A stretch of DNA of 64,000 nt from Heteronotia binoei. Its lineage: Eukaryota. The notes beneath the pieces were generated by a model. The model saw only the letters and a program-made list of their open reading frames with translations, was not told the DNA's origin and ran no database searches. The DNA is taken from NCBI RefSeq assembly GCF_032191835.1, contig NC_083243.1:32364001-32428000 (forward strand). Direction: 5' to 3'. The translations under genes were made by a program, and so were the position numbers. The first letter of the stretch is position 1; every line of letters starts with the position of its first letter. Positions 1 to 12,342 of the stretch are shown here, piece after piece.

Positions 1-824
1 TCTTTTGGGGCTCATAGAATTGGACCCCCTGGTCCAATCGTTTTGAAACTTGGAGGGTACTTTGGGGAGAGGCACTAGATACTATATTGAAAATTTGGTG
101 CCTCTACCTCAAAAAACAGCTCCCCCAGAGCCCTCAAAACCTCCAGATCAATTCCCCATTATACCCTATGAGAATTGATCTCCACATAGGGAATAATGAA
201 GACGTTTCCTTCTCCTCCTCCCTCTCCCCCCCCCCCCCCCGTTTCTGGCAAATCTGATGCAGAGACTGGCCTCTCTACTCACGAGTTGCTGCCAGCTTCT
301 TTACAGCAACACAGTCACACCATCCCAAAGTGAAGCCTTGCAATCAAGCCTCCGGAGGTGCAATTTGCTGCCCGCTCGCTCTTGCAGCCTGAGTCCTGGC
401 CTGGCCTGCCCCCTCCCCTTCTGATAGACGACCTCCTCACCTCAGGACAGGACTGAAGGAGAGCGGAGCAGGACGCCGCCGCTGTGCGCTGCTGCCCGCT
501 CGCTCTTGCAGCCTGAGTCCTGGCCTGGCCTGCCCCCTCCCCTTCTGATAGACGACCTCCTCACCTCAGGTCAGGACTGGAACAGGCCGCCGCCGCTGCG
601 CGCTGCTGCCCGCTCCCCTTCTCTGATTGACCTCAGAGGGGAGGGGAGCGGAGCAGGCCGCCGCCGCTGCCTCTTCTTCAACTTGCTGCTCCGAAGGACC
701 CGGACTCGCGGCCTTTGCGCCATTCCCCCCTTCCCGCCCCCCGCTTCTGTTTTTTTGGGACAGCGGGGGAGGAGGGTGCAAAACCGGGGGTCCCCCCGCC
801 AGGGCGGGAGGGTTGGGAAGCCTA
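1..824 (+). mobile_element. Non-autonomous hAT (Tip100/Zaphod-like) element, long variant with GC-rich interior; left end lies outside the window
   Basis: 1-200 matches the interior of the 509-bp element at 39558-40066 (ggggctcatagaattggacccc...). It ends in GGGTTGGGAAGCCTA, the same right end as at 36992 and 41844. Confidence 0.8.
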
Positions 825-1033
825 CTCCTCACAGTACCCGGATCCAAGCTAACCATCATATGATCACAGGACGACCGGGATCCCTGGAAAGTTGTCTTCT
901 TGGTTCATCCTTGCAGCCACCTTATAACTGCCCAGCGGACAATCAAAAATAGTACCAGGGCATGAAGGAAGCTGGAGAGCCAAGATGCTGACAGCTCAAC
1001 AGGAGTGTTGATTGTAGCCTCAGGGAAAGGATT

Positions 1034-1313
1034 CCTCTTGGTGCAGTGGTTAAGTGTGCAGACTCTAATCTTGGAGAACTGCGTTTGATTCTCCACACTT
1101 CTACATGTAGCTGCTGAGTGACCTTGAGTCAGTCACAAGTTCTCACAGAGCTGTTCCTCTCAAGAACAGTTTCTGTCAGAGCTCTCTCAGGCCCGCCAAC
1201 TTCACAGGGTGTCTGTTGTGGGGAAAGGAAGGGAAAGGCGATTGTAAGCTGCCCTGAGACTTTGAGTGAAGGGTGGGTATAAATCCCATCTCCTTCTCCT
1301 CCTCCTCCTCCTC
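1034..1313 (+). mobile_element. Squam3-like CORE SINE
   Basis: tRNA-like head (tggtgcagtggttaag...gtttgattc), core cacagggtgtctgttgtgggg, 3' end gggtgggtataaatcc plus (CCT)n tail. Confidence 0.85.
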
Positions 1314-1511
1314 CAGGTTGAAGCTCAATTGACAGCAGGAGAGAAAGAGAAGAAGAACTCTTTTCCCTGAAAAGGTACTGAGAGAGGATTGCATGCTCAG
1401 ATCTCCTTGGCTCAACTGGAGGGCAGGACTGAGAGAAGAAAACTGCAAGACTAAAGAGATCTGGAAGCCTTGGGTTGTTGACCATAAAATGGAGGCAAAT
1501 CTGTGGCCCTG

Positions 1512-1715
1512 TCCTGGATGGCCCAGGCTATCCTAATTTCATCATATCTCAGAAACTAAGCAGGGTCAACTACTGTTAGTACTTGGATGGGAGACCACAA
1601 AGGAAGTCCAAGGTTGCTATGAAGAGGCAGGCAATGGCAAACCACCTTTCAATGTCTCTTGTCTTGAAAACCCTATGAGGTTACCATAAGTGGGCTGTGA
1701 CTTGACTTTCCTTTC
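1512..1715 (+). mobile_element. 5S rRNA-derived SINE with BovB/RTE-like 3' part
   Basis: atctcagaaactaagcagggtc...gttagtacttggatgggagacc resembles the 5S internal control region. It is followed by ggcaatggcaaaccac...gaaaaccc. Confidence 0.75.
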
Positions 1716-1983
1716 TGCCACCATCACGCCTCCTGTGAAATGTGGCTCGTCCTTCACATCTCATTGAAAGTCAAGAATTATGCCCATTGTAGATGTTTTA
1801 CATTTATTGTGTCACCCAATAACGTAGTTGCTGTGAAGGTTTCAAAAACAAAATCCATTAGATAATTCTTCTGTGCAGGGATTGAAATGAGAAGTACCAC
1901 ATACCACATGTATTCCTTTGTATAGCCACAACTCCATGAAGGCTCTAAGCATTAAGTGATGTTACTAGTTACTTTTCCCACAG

Positions 1984-2052
1984 AGTCAGTCAGTCAGTCA
2001 GTCAGTCAGTCAGTCAGTCAGTCAGTCAGTCAGTCAGTCAGTCAGTCAGTCA
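1984..2052. repeat. (GTCA)n microsatellite, probably the 3' tail of the adjacent LINE
   Basis: About 17 perfect GTCA units, abutting the LINE 3' end. Confidence 0.95.
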
Positions 2053-3234
2053 AAAGTGTATGGTTTGTAGCCAAAGACCATCGCAACTGAGCAGATAGAA
2101 CATACAAATAAAACATGGACAAAGAACAGCAAACAAGGCTACAATGTTAAAACACCCAAAGGTTCGTTAAAAGAAATTAGCACTTTCTTTGAGTACTGGT
2201 GAAGGAGTTTCAGTCAGTAAGTGGAGCTCAAGCCTGAATTTTCATAGTTGCAAGGGTGAACTTTGTGTGAGACAAATGAGTCCACATTGGAAAGAAGTAG
2301 GTATCATTTTTTCCATCATGGGGGAGAAAACTAGGCCTAATCAAGATTCATCCAATGAATTTGTTTCTAGGCTCTGTATACAAAGGGCAGGACAGAATGT
2401 AGTGTGGACTGGAATCTCTGGGGTCTGAGGATCCACAAGTACAAAAACAGGCAGCAATCAGTATTTGTGTAAAGTGACTGTCTAGAATGTCTGAAATCTC
2501 AGAGACGTTAAAGCCATTGTAAGACTAGGGAAGATGATTTTGGTCCAATCAGATGCTCTGCTATGGTTCCTCTTGATCAACCTGAACCAAGGAGAAAATT
2601 CAAAACACAGAATCTTACTTCAGTACAGCATTGACTTTAAAGATCCAGTCTCATATATTGAGACCAGGCAAGGGAACACCCAAAAGTCATCCACCAGAGA
2701 GTAATGATAGAGGATATTGTTGAAACTAGCTATGAAAATGGCATCAGAATGGAGCAGTGCATTGCTTTCCCTCAGAAGACGATTAGTGGAGGGCATCCAT
2801 TGCTTTCTCCAGAATTTAAATAAGTCCAGGTGCAAATGGGCTCTAACAGAAGGTAACTAGAGTTGCTGGAGAAGCAAGAGGCAAAAGTAGGATTCTCTTT
2901 AAAAAGAGATTTTGGATTGGTTCTAAGGTTGAAATCAGATGTTCATTCCAACCCTAGATCTCTGCATTGTATAAAAGTTGAGAGATGGCCTTGCTTTGGA
3001 ACAGTTTCAAGGCTGGTTCAACTAGAAATTCTCCTTTTGAGGCATAGAATTTAAAGATGGCCCTAGTGGTTCTTGAGACAGGCTTTTGTTGTCTCCAGGT
3101 GGGCTTTCCATGTTTGGGTTTTGCTAAATGTCACCCCAAAATACATGCAGGTTCTGCATTGTTTGATGGGATTGCCATCTACTGAGCATTTAAAACTTTG
3201 GGTTCTCGTCCCAAAGACTATTACTGAACTATTA
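2053..3234 (-). mobile_element. Degenerate non-LTR retrotransposon ORF2 3' fragment (RTE-X/L2-like; clade uncertain)
   Basis: Minus-strand translation across frameshifts gives VIVFG...YFGVTFS..WKAH (end of RT) and CGSSDP...HYILSCPLYTEPR (C-terminal Cys/His motif), with many stops. Confidence 0.65.
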
Positions 3235-3516
3235 CAGTTTGGTATAGTGGATAAGTGAATGGACTCCTATCTGGGAGAACTGGATTTGATTCCCCACTCC
3301 TCCACTTGCAGCTGCTGGAATGGCTTTGGGTCAGCCATATCTTTTGTAGGAGTTGTCCTAGAAAGAACAGCTGCTGTAAGAGCTTGCTCAGCCCCACCTA
3401 CCTCACAGGGCGTCTGTTGTGGGAGGTGTGACGGTAAAGGAGATTGTGACCTCTCTGAGATTCAGAGTATAGGGTGGGATATAAATCCAATATCATTATC
3501 ATCATCTTCTTCTTCT
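3235..3516 (+). mobile_element. Squam3-like CORE SINE
   Basis: cagtttggtatagtgg head, core, gggtgggatataaatcc and (ATC/TCT)n tail. Confidence 0.85.
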
Positions 3517-3547
3517 TTGGACTAGATGACCCTGGAGGTCCCTTCCA

Positions 3548-3715
3548 NNNNNNNNNNNNNNNNNNNNNNNNNNNNNNNNNNNNNNNNNNNNNNNNNNNNN
3601 NNNNNNNNNNNNNNNNNNNNNNNNNNNNNNNNNNNNNNNNNNNNNNNNNNNNNNNNNNNNNNNNNNNNNNNNNNNNNNNNNNNNNNNNNNNNNNNNNNNN
3701 NNNNNNNNNNNNNNN
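3548..3715. other. Assembly gap (168 N), directly after a CR1 3'-end fragment (ggactagatgaccctggaggtcccttcca)
   Basis: Run of N in the sequence. Confidence 1.
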
Positions 3716-3819
3716 CCTTACATAAATTCCCCTCCTTAACCCAGTACATACCAAAGACACCAACACCACAATGAGATAGGAATTAGGATGAGAGAGAGCG
3801 ATTGGCCCATGGCCACTGA

Positions 3820-4030
3820 GTAGGGTTGCCAGGTCTCCCCTACCTAGAAGAGGGAGGGGTACGGTGGCCTGATCCATCATGGGAAACTCCTGGAGATTTG
3901 GGGATGGAGCCTGGGGAGGACAGGACTTTAGTGGGTTAAAATGCCATAGGGTCCACCTTCCAAAGCATCCATTTTCTCCAGAGGAACTGACTTCTATAGC
4001 CTGGAGATGAGATATGATTCTGCGGGGTCC
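3820..4030 (+). mobile_element. Short TAGGGTTGCCA-family hAT MITE, partial. Further whole or partial copies lie near 5150, 5900, 6405, 11130, 20020, 24925, 27210, 27836, 34790, 37955, 40115, 40300, 43190, 45255, 52690, 54135 and 57925
   Basis: TIR tagggttgccagg; shared body ggagattttggg...ccatagagtccaccttccaaagcagccattttctccagaggaactga. Confidence 0.8.
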
Positions 4031-7000
4031 CCAGGGGTCCCTGCCTCCCAATGAGATTCCTGGTCAAGCAGAGCTTTGAACGGCGCTTTCCCTGCTTTTT
4101 CTCTGATACACCAGGCTGGAATGGCTTTCGAAATCTCCTGATAGGAAATGCATGTCCTAAACGATTCTTCAGTTCGTGCTCAGTAAGCACAGAGAAAGGA
4201 AGGTGCAAGGGAAGTCCCTGCTTCTTGCCTTGGTCTGATACCTTATCAAGTACATTTTAAAAAACATCATATGCCATGTGAATTGCTGTGATCTCTAGTA
4301 AATGCCATTCATGGTGATTGCTTACAGATGAAACATAATGAGCTCTTGCCTTCTGCCAGCCGGCGCATTCAGAGGCACACTGGGGGAAGAAGTCGAACAG
4401 GTTTGGAACTGTGAGAAAGTACCTATTGACTTCTCCTTATATTCATATTGGCTCTCATCCTCATTACCGCAGGAGGATTAAGCGCCGTTTCCCAGAATGC
4501 CAGGCCACGGGTCACAGGAAAAAACCTGCCACAAATTTGCATGAGGATTCACACAGCAGGTCAGTGTGGATGAGAACAGTGTGCTGGAAAAGATGGATCT
4601 CGGCAAGATATTGCAAGCTGGGGCATTATTTGCATACTCTGGTGCCAGGGATATGATAGATTGCTTATATAATTATCTAACTCATCAGCATGATCAGTTT
4701 TCCACTCTTGGTACTTTCGGAGCTGGAGACTTTAGCTTTGCATACATTTGATAGCATATCAGTGTGAATCTGCCAAGCAGCAGTTCCCCTTTAAGTACAT
4801 CCCAGAGAGTGGGTGGATGAAGCATTGACCAGAAACCTGGATAATCTAGATTCACATTAATCAGGATCCATCGACACATTAGATTACCCTTTTCCAGTAG
4901 GGTAATATGAGTTTTGCAGTGTGTTTGAGTGACCCTGAAAGTCATGTTTCGTAAAGGCACATAAAAAGTATTCGGGCTTGTATTTTATTTATTTATTTAG
5001 TAGGCTTATATTCCACCTTTTCCTGTAAATGGGCTCAAGGCGGATCACAACACATAAAAATAACAATAAAAACCTACATATCAAAATTAAAACACCAAAT
5101 TAAAATTAACAGTAAAAACAATAAATAAAACGCACCACCATATGCAGCTCCTAGGGTTGCCAACTTTCAGGCGGGGGCTGGAGATCTCCCACTACTACAA
5201 CTAATCTCCAGACTACATAAACCCACTGATTTAAAATATTTATTCCACTTCTCCTGGAGAAAATGGCTGCTTTGGATGGTGGACTGTGTGCCATTATACC
5301 CTCCCAAGGCTCCCAGGTCCCGCTCTCAAATCTCCAGATATTTCCAAAACCGGAGGTGGCAGCTCTAGCAGGTTCCCTGCTTTTGGACATATACAACATC
5401 TGCCCCCCAAAGCTGCACCCCTTTCAATGGAGACAGCAGATCTGAATGGGATTCCCTCCAAGAGCATCAGAATGTACTCTGAGCTCAGGGTCAGAGAGCA
5501 TCCCTAAAAGACAGAAAAACAACATGTACTCTGACCCCAGTTGTGTTTCCCTAGAAAATATCTGATATCAGAACCTGGGCTGCAGTCAGTTTGGATGTGC
5601 CTTTAATTACACCATTGCATTTTGTAATGGAGATTTTTCATCAGAGTCCCACCCTGATCTGGCCACAATGCGCACTTTTTCCGTGGTTGGCCATTCAAAT
5701 TAGTGCTGTGCGTCAACCGCAGAGTGTGCGATCTGGTCTTTTTTTAAAAAAGAAATAACTGCTTTAGCTTTTTTGGGAGTATGTTTCTTGTGTGTGTATG
5801 AGCACTGATGTGCATATGCACTACCATTGAAAAAAACAAAACCGGAATGAAAGTTCACACTCCTGAACCAGTTTGAGCATGCACCAGGGGAGTTCAGACA
5901 TCCAGATGGCTGCGTTGGAGGCTGGACTCTGGCATTATACTCCACTGAAGTTCCTTCCCAGGCTTCACTCCCAAAATCTCCAGGAATTTCTCAACCTAGA
6001 TTTGGCAACCCTGCCCATGGTACTTGTACCATTTTATATACTTAGCCCATTTTCTGTTATAGCCATGTGAGTGTTCCCTGTTGTAATTTAAGGCAAAATT
6101 GGAGCCATTTACTAGCATGGTGGAGATTTCTGTATGCCCCATATGCTTAGAGAAACATCACAGGATGGTGTTGGAAGCAACAGGGGTTATTAGATCCACA
6201 CAGGACAGTGCCCATCCTCTGTCCCAATTTTCCTCTCCACTTTAAGCCATTCACTTCCACTTAAAAACCAGAGGATGATTATTGAAGATCTTGCTTTCTT
6301 GCCCAGCCTCTCACAAGCTTCTCCTACTGAGGAAGTAGAACACAAAAAAATCTAGAGACCACCCAGACCCAGATGAGTCCCATTGCTTTTCCTGCAAACA
6401 CACAGGGTTGCTAGCTCTGGGTTGAGGAATACCTGGAGATTTTGGGAGTGGAGCCTGGGATGGTGGGGTTTGGGGAGAGGAGAGACCTTGGTGGGGTATA
6501 ATGTCACATCCACCTTCCAAAGCAGCCATTTTCTTCAGGGGAAATGATCTCTGTAACTGAGAGACCAGTTGTAATATTGGAACATCTCCAGCCACTACAT
6601 GGAGACTGGCAATCAAAAGGCTGATACCAGGGCTTTAATCGCACAGTAGCAGCTTTGGGGATCTTAAACCCCCTGAAAATACTATTTTCTCTGGGCATCT
6701 TAGTGAAGACTTAGAAATCCTTGGAATCTACATTTCCTATGCCTAGGGCCCTGTTGCCAGTGAGCATGCCTGCCAGGTCCAATTCAGAAAATATCTGGGA
6801 ACTTTGGGGGTGGAGCCTGGAGACTTCGCCATCCTAAACGAATGAATGAATGAATGAATAAAAAATACAGCAGTTCAGTTCCCCTGAAGATAGTCTTCAT
6901 TTTCTCATCCTCTTTTTTTCTTCAAGGATTCCCCACCAGTTGCATTTCCACTAAATGAAAGTGAACATATACATGGTCTCAAAGCAGACAAAACAAACAG

Positions 7001-7524
7001 TTTGCAAGATTACACTTTTGTGATCTCACTGGGGCAATTTACTCATGGGAGTTGCTGGATGTAGCAATCTGCCATATTTCAACCAACTTCTTCAGACTAA
7101 CACAGGAAAAAGGAAGTACTGAGCAGAGTAATTTAGGGGGTGAAGTTTTCCTCCATTCCATAATCAGGCTCTAGTTAACGCTTTACTATCCCTTTTATTA
7201 TGCAAATGACTTGTGAAACAAATGCAAACAGAGGAACTGCACTTTCTCTCTTCCTCTCACACACACTCACCAGGAAGAGCCAACTGGCTCTGCCTGTTTG
7301 TTCCACTCAGCTTTAGTCTTGCTGAGATTTAAAGAGGTACCCACACACCTTCCAAACCATAAGCAGTTTGCAAGCTTCTAAAGATCATAAGGCACATCAT
7401 GGATGTGGGAGTGGGGCCTCCCCCACCAGCCAGCTGGCTGGCAGCAGGGAGGAGCCTGCAAAACTGGAGGATCCCCTACTAGGACCTCGGGGCTGCCAAG
7501 CCTACAGATGCTTTCTAGTTAAAG

Positions 7525-7797
7525 CCATTTTGTTGTAGTGGTTAAGTGCATAGACTCTAATCTGGGAGAACCAGGTTTGATTCCTCACTCCTCCACACAC
7601 AGCTGCTGGTATGACCTTGGGCCACCCACAAGTTCTCAGCAGAGCTGTTCTGCTCGAGAGCAGTTCTGAGACAGCTCTCTCAGCCCCACCTACCTCACAG
7701 GGTGTCTGTTGTGGGGAGAGGAAGGGAAATGAGATTGTAAGCTGCTCTGAGACTCCAAGTGAAGGGTGGGACGTAAATCCAATCTCTTCTTCTTCTA
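7525..7797 (+). mobile_element. Squam3-like CORE SINE
   Basis: Head with B box ggtttgattcc, core, gaagggtgggacgtaaatcc and (TCT)n tail. Confidence 0.85.
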
Positions 7798-9384
7798 GTT
7801 AGAATGGGATGGATAGATTGACGGACAGGAGGGAGGACGTCCTCCCTCAAGCGAATCCTTCTTTCTGACGGAGCCATCCTGGAGTAAAATAAATACATTA
7901 AAAAGGAAGTGCTACTTAATTTCTTCTCTTAAATAAACATGATGCTAAAAAAAGTTCCCCTTCGACTATTTGAATATATTGTCCCCATTATGCCGGAACA
8001 GACGAAATTAACGACAGCCGGCCTTAATAAAATATCCCCAACCGCTTTTGTTACCAATAAATATTTAAATATCAATTTTCCATAGGCAGGCGCAGCTTAA
8101 GAAACAAATCATTTCAATATGCTAAGAGAGCTTTCATGCGCTGACTGCTCTTCTTCCATTGCTCTTTCAATCAGTGGATAACTATTAAAGATAAAATGGT
8201 TGTAATCGCTACTGAAATGGATCCCCCCCCCCCGCCCTGTAAGATCATTCTAATAAACTAGCCCTAATCCTCTGCTTTTCTCTTTGTATTTCAATCTTCA
8301 AAGATGGAATGGGAAGAGATGACACAGAAGATTATAACTCATCGGCAAGAAAGTGCACAAAGACTGGCATGGGAAGTTCCTTTTCTTCTAGAGGGCAGCT
8401 TAATCAACGTATGAGCAGGGAGTTTTAGAATTGGTGGGGGGAAAAACAAGCGCAAAACCCAGCATTTCAGTTCAAAATTAGTTGCTCTCTCTGTAAATGT
8501 GTGTGTGTACACAGATAGATAGATATAGATGGCGGATAGGCAGATAGCTTCTTCCTGTTGCACTTTTTACAGACACAAAAAAGTTAATTAGAAAAAAAAA
8601 TCCTCTTAGCTTTTTTTTTTCTTTAATTCATCCTCCAGTGGGATAAAACAGAGTTGTACAGTATGCATGCATACAAACTGTGAGAAATAATTTATAGGAC
8701 AAATTCCCTATAAGACCATTCAGAGACAAGGGTGGAAAAAAAAAAAGCCTTGGCTCTTGACACTGAAGGCTTAACATCAAATGCGGCCAGAAATCCATTT
8801 TCACAGTTTTATTGCCCATTCTGGACGCTTCATTTCAAAGGGAAAGAATTTGAATTCAGACACATAAAATTCCCTTTGTTCTCTTGCCCTCCAGCCTTTG
8901 GTGCCAGTGTGGATGGTTCTATAGGGAGAGGTAGAGATTTTTTTTTTTTTTGTAAAAAAATGCAGCTTAGATACCTGCCCGCAAATCATACCCCTTTGGC
9001 ATTGCTAATTAAATCAGGTTTGTAATAAGCTTGACAATGTGCTGTCAATTATAATCATTTACATTAGCAAACCAAGCAAGTGGGCTTTAACAACACACTC
9101 ACACTTTGGAATTAGTTTACTACTCCTAAAATAAAACTATATGGGCACAACAACTGATTTATGGCATGTTGGATTGCAGGTTACAGAATTTTATCTGTTT
9201 TGGATAACCCAATTGGATGATTTTGCATATCACCTCCCAAAGGAAAAGATATTTTTGGTTAGTTAGTTTTTGGTTCAACCTTTTTTCATCCTTATAAGTG
9301 CTAAAAAAGTTCCATAAGGGCATGAAACAGAAGCACTGGTCATTAATGACTGGTGCAGGCACTCGGGCTTGGCTCACACTAAAG

Positions 9385-9521
9385 CAGGGGTGGCCAACGG
9401 TAACTCTCCAGATGTTTTTTTGCCTACACCTCCCATCAGCCCCAGCCAGCATGGCCAATGGCTGGGGCTGATGGGAGTTGTAGGCAAAAAACATCTGGAG
9501 AGCTACCATTGGCCACCCCTG
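9385..9521. mobile_element. Palindromic hAT (Charlie-like) MITE, 137 bp
   Basis: TIR CAGGGGTGGCCAA/TTGGCCACCCCTG; perfect 8-bp TSD CACTAAAG (9377-9384 and 9522-9529). Confidence 0.92.
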
Positions 9522-9540
9522 CACTAAAGCTATGAATATA

Positions 9541-10198
9541 GATCCAAGTGGGCAGCCGTGTTGGTCTGAAGCAGTTGAACAAAGCAGGAGTCAAAGTGCA
9601 CCTTTAAGACCAACCAAGTTTTATTCAGAACGTAAGCTTTCATGTGGTCTCTAAGCACACTTCATCAGATGAGGGGATCAGGTATAGTGGGCTGAAATAC
9701 ATGCAGTTTGTTGATTAAGAGGGCAAACTGACTGTGATCACATGGTGAAACAGTGCGGCTTGGTCATTTGGTCTGGATAGCCATAAAAGGAAATAACATT
9801 TTCTGCCAGTTGGTGTTTCTGTAAATCTAGGCAAATCACAAAAGGACATGTATTTCCTAGTTGTAGTCCACCTAATTTATTTATCATTATAGTATAGTAT
9901 AGAGAGTATAGTATAGTATCAGCATAGAGTGATGTTGATAAATAAATTAGGTGGACTACAACTAGGAAATACATGTCCAACTGGCAGGAAACTTTATTAC
10001 CTTTCATGGCTATCCAGACCAAATGGCCAAGCCACACTGTTTCACCATGTGACCACAGTCAGCTTGCCCTCTTAATCAACAAACTGCATGTATTTCAGCC
10101 CACTATACCTAATCCCCTCATCTGATGAAGTGTGCTTAGAGACCACACGAAATGTTCTGAATAAAACTTGGTTGGTCTTGAAGGTGCACATGACTCCT
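9541..10198. mobile_element. Inverted pair of Penelope-like element terminal repeats with hammerhead ribozyme-like cores
   Basis: About 9575-9885 is the reverse complement of about 9938-10198. Each arm has CTGATGA-a-GTGTG..CACA(C/T)-GAAA, AATAAAAC and the gttggtcttaaaggtgc motif typical of squamate PLE ends. Confidence 0.8.
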
Positions 10199-10478
10199 GA
10201 AGAAGAAGAAGATATTGGATTTATATCCCGCCCTTCACTCCGAAGAGTCTCAGAGCGGCTCACAATCTCCTTTACCTTCCTCCCCCACAACAGACACACT
10301 GTGAGGTGGGTGGGGCTAAGAGAGCTCTTACAGCAGCTGCCCTTTCAAGGACAACCTCTGCCAGGGCTATGGCTAACCCAAGGCCATTCCAGCAGGTGCA
10401 AGTGGAGGAGTGGGGAATCAAACCCGGTTCTCCCAGATAAGAGTCCACACACTTAACCACTACACCAAACTGGCTCTC
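10199..10478 (-). mobile_element. Squam3-like SINE inserted into the right PLE arm
   Basis: Full element on the minus strand. The PLE sequence gactcctg|ctttgttc resumes after it, with a short ctg duplication. Confidence 0.9.
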
Positions 10479-11413
10479 CTGCTTTGTTCTAAAATTATGA
10501 ATGTGATCAGAAGGCAGTGAGTCATTTTAGCAACCTTCTGTTCTGATAGCTGCTACAGTCACCTGTGCAAAAACTCCCTTTCAGCTCCGTTTGCTTACTT
10601 CCTTGAAGATCCTCTGAAAATCTGTGGCTCCTTGTTGCGAAACCTCTGATGAAGTAAAGCCAGACCTTTTTTTTTGGCTGTTTCTACACTCAGGGTTGAT
10701 TCTGATTTTATGAGCATTGACTCCACCTTTAGAAAACTCCCGTTCAAAAGGACTCTTGTAAAGTGAGGAGCAACTCTGGGGTGAAACCGCTTTCGCTGCC
10801 AATTCAAGAAATTAGTATAGACGAGTTAAGATAATGCAAAGCAAGACAGAAGTGACAGCGGTATGCAATGTAGATGGACATTTTAAATGCGCACCGAGAG
10901 AGGATGTTCTGTCAAGTGCAGAAATAGCCACAGTTGCTCACTGCTGCAAGAAGCAGCGGCTGCTAAAATGTAAGGCTGATCCAGCAAGCGGTGGTACTAA
11001 GATAAGGCTGGAAGAGGCTTCTCAGTTGAGACCTACACCTGCAGCAGCTTTCTGAACAGTTAGCTGCTACAGTAACTCAGAGGATTCTGATCACATGGAG
11101 GCTTCCTTAAAGACACCCACCGTAGAGAGACCAGCCTCCAGGTCTGGTATTACGGCTCATCTCCTGACTAGAGATCACTTCCCCTGGAGATAGCAGCTTT
11201 GGAGGGTGGGTTCTATGGTATTGTACCCCCACTGAGATCCCTGGCCTCCACAGGCTCCACCCCCAAATCTCCAGGAGTTTTCCATCTTGGAACTGGCAAC
11301 CCTATTCCCCGCTGGGGGTCAGGAGGGACCTGACAACTCTGCATCCAAGTGAACAAGTTCATAATTACTCATTCCTTGATTATGCAACTTTTTATTAAAA
11401 GGTTAAAAAAAAT

Positions 11414-11570
11414 GTAAAGGTAGTCCCCTGTGCAAGCACCAAATTGTTACCAACCCATGGGGTGACGCCACATCACAATGTTTTCATGGCGGACTTTTTT
11501 ACGGGGTGGTTTGCCATTGCCTTCCCTAGTCATCTACACTTTACTCCCAGCAAGGCTGGGTACTATTACT
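11414..11570 (-). mobile_element. Sauria SINE, 3' part
   Basis: Reverse complement ends ...gcttgcacaggggactacctttac, the ACCTTT-type tail. Confidence 0.75.
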
Positions 11571-12125
11571 GCTAGCCAAATATATAAATGGGAAAAACAA
11601 TACAGCAGGCAGAGTATGGCATTTGGGGACTGCTCTCCAGGTTACATGACTGCTTATACTTCAAGCCAGAGTTCATGCCTCACCAAGAAAGTGTGTAGGG
11701 GCTTTCATTCCATCTTTCTGCTAACAAACACTGCACTGAAATTAAAATAACAAAACAATCTAGTTTACAAAAGAACAGATTGAGCAATGAAACTTACAAA
11801 AAACTCTATTATTTTTTTTTTAAATAACAGTTGATTTTAAATTAGATGCCATTGAAAGCTCAGAAGCCTTGCCCTGGGTGGCCCAGACTAGCCTGATCTC
11901 GTTGGATGTCAGATGCTACCCAGGATCAGCCCAGCTTAGTACAAGGCTAGGAAAACCTGCACACTCCTCCTAGTTGACTCTGAATTCTGCTGCCACCATT
12001 CAGTAGGGCAGCAGGGGAGAAAATGCAAAGAAAATGGCTGTTACTCAGATGGTGCGATGTTATCTCTGGAACAAACTTGGAAGTGACATCATTGTGTCCT
12101 GGGTGATGCTCCAGGATTCCACTGA

Positions 12126-12342
12126 AGGAAAGGAAAGGTCCCCTGTGCAAGCACCAGTCGTTTCCGACTCTGGGGTGACGTTGCTTGGGTACTCATTTTA
12201 TCAACCTCGGAAGAATGGAAGGCTGAGTCAACCTCGAGCCAGCTACCTGAAAACCCAGCTACCGCCGGGGATTGAACTCAGGTCGTGAGCAGAGCTTAGG
12301 ACTGCAGTACTGCAGCGTTAACACTCTGCACCATGGGGCTCT
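12126..12342 (-). mobile_element. Sauria SINE with internal deletion
   Basis: tRNA-like head (gagccccatggtgcagagtg...gagttcaatccc) and tail are present. The middle segment seen in the 20862 copy is missing. Confidence 0.8.

Noticed and set aside
4473-4559. 87-nt plus-strand exon candidate (ccgcag|...|gtcagt)
   Set aside because: Splice sites are only moderate and neither open frame resembles a protein I recognise.
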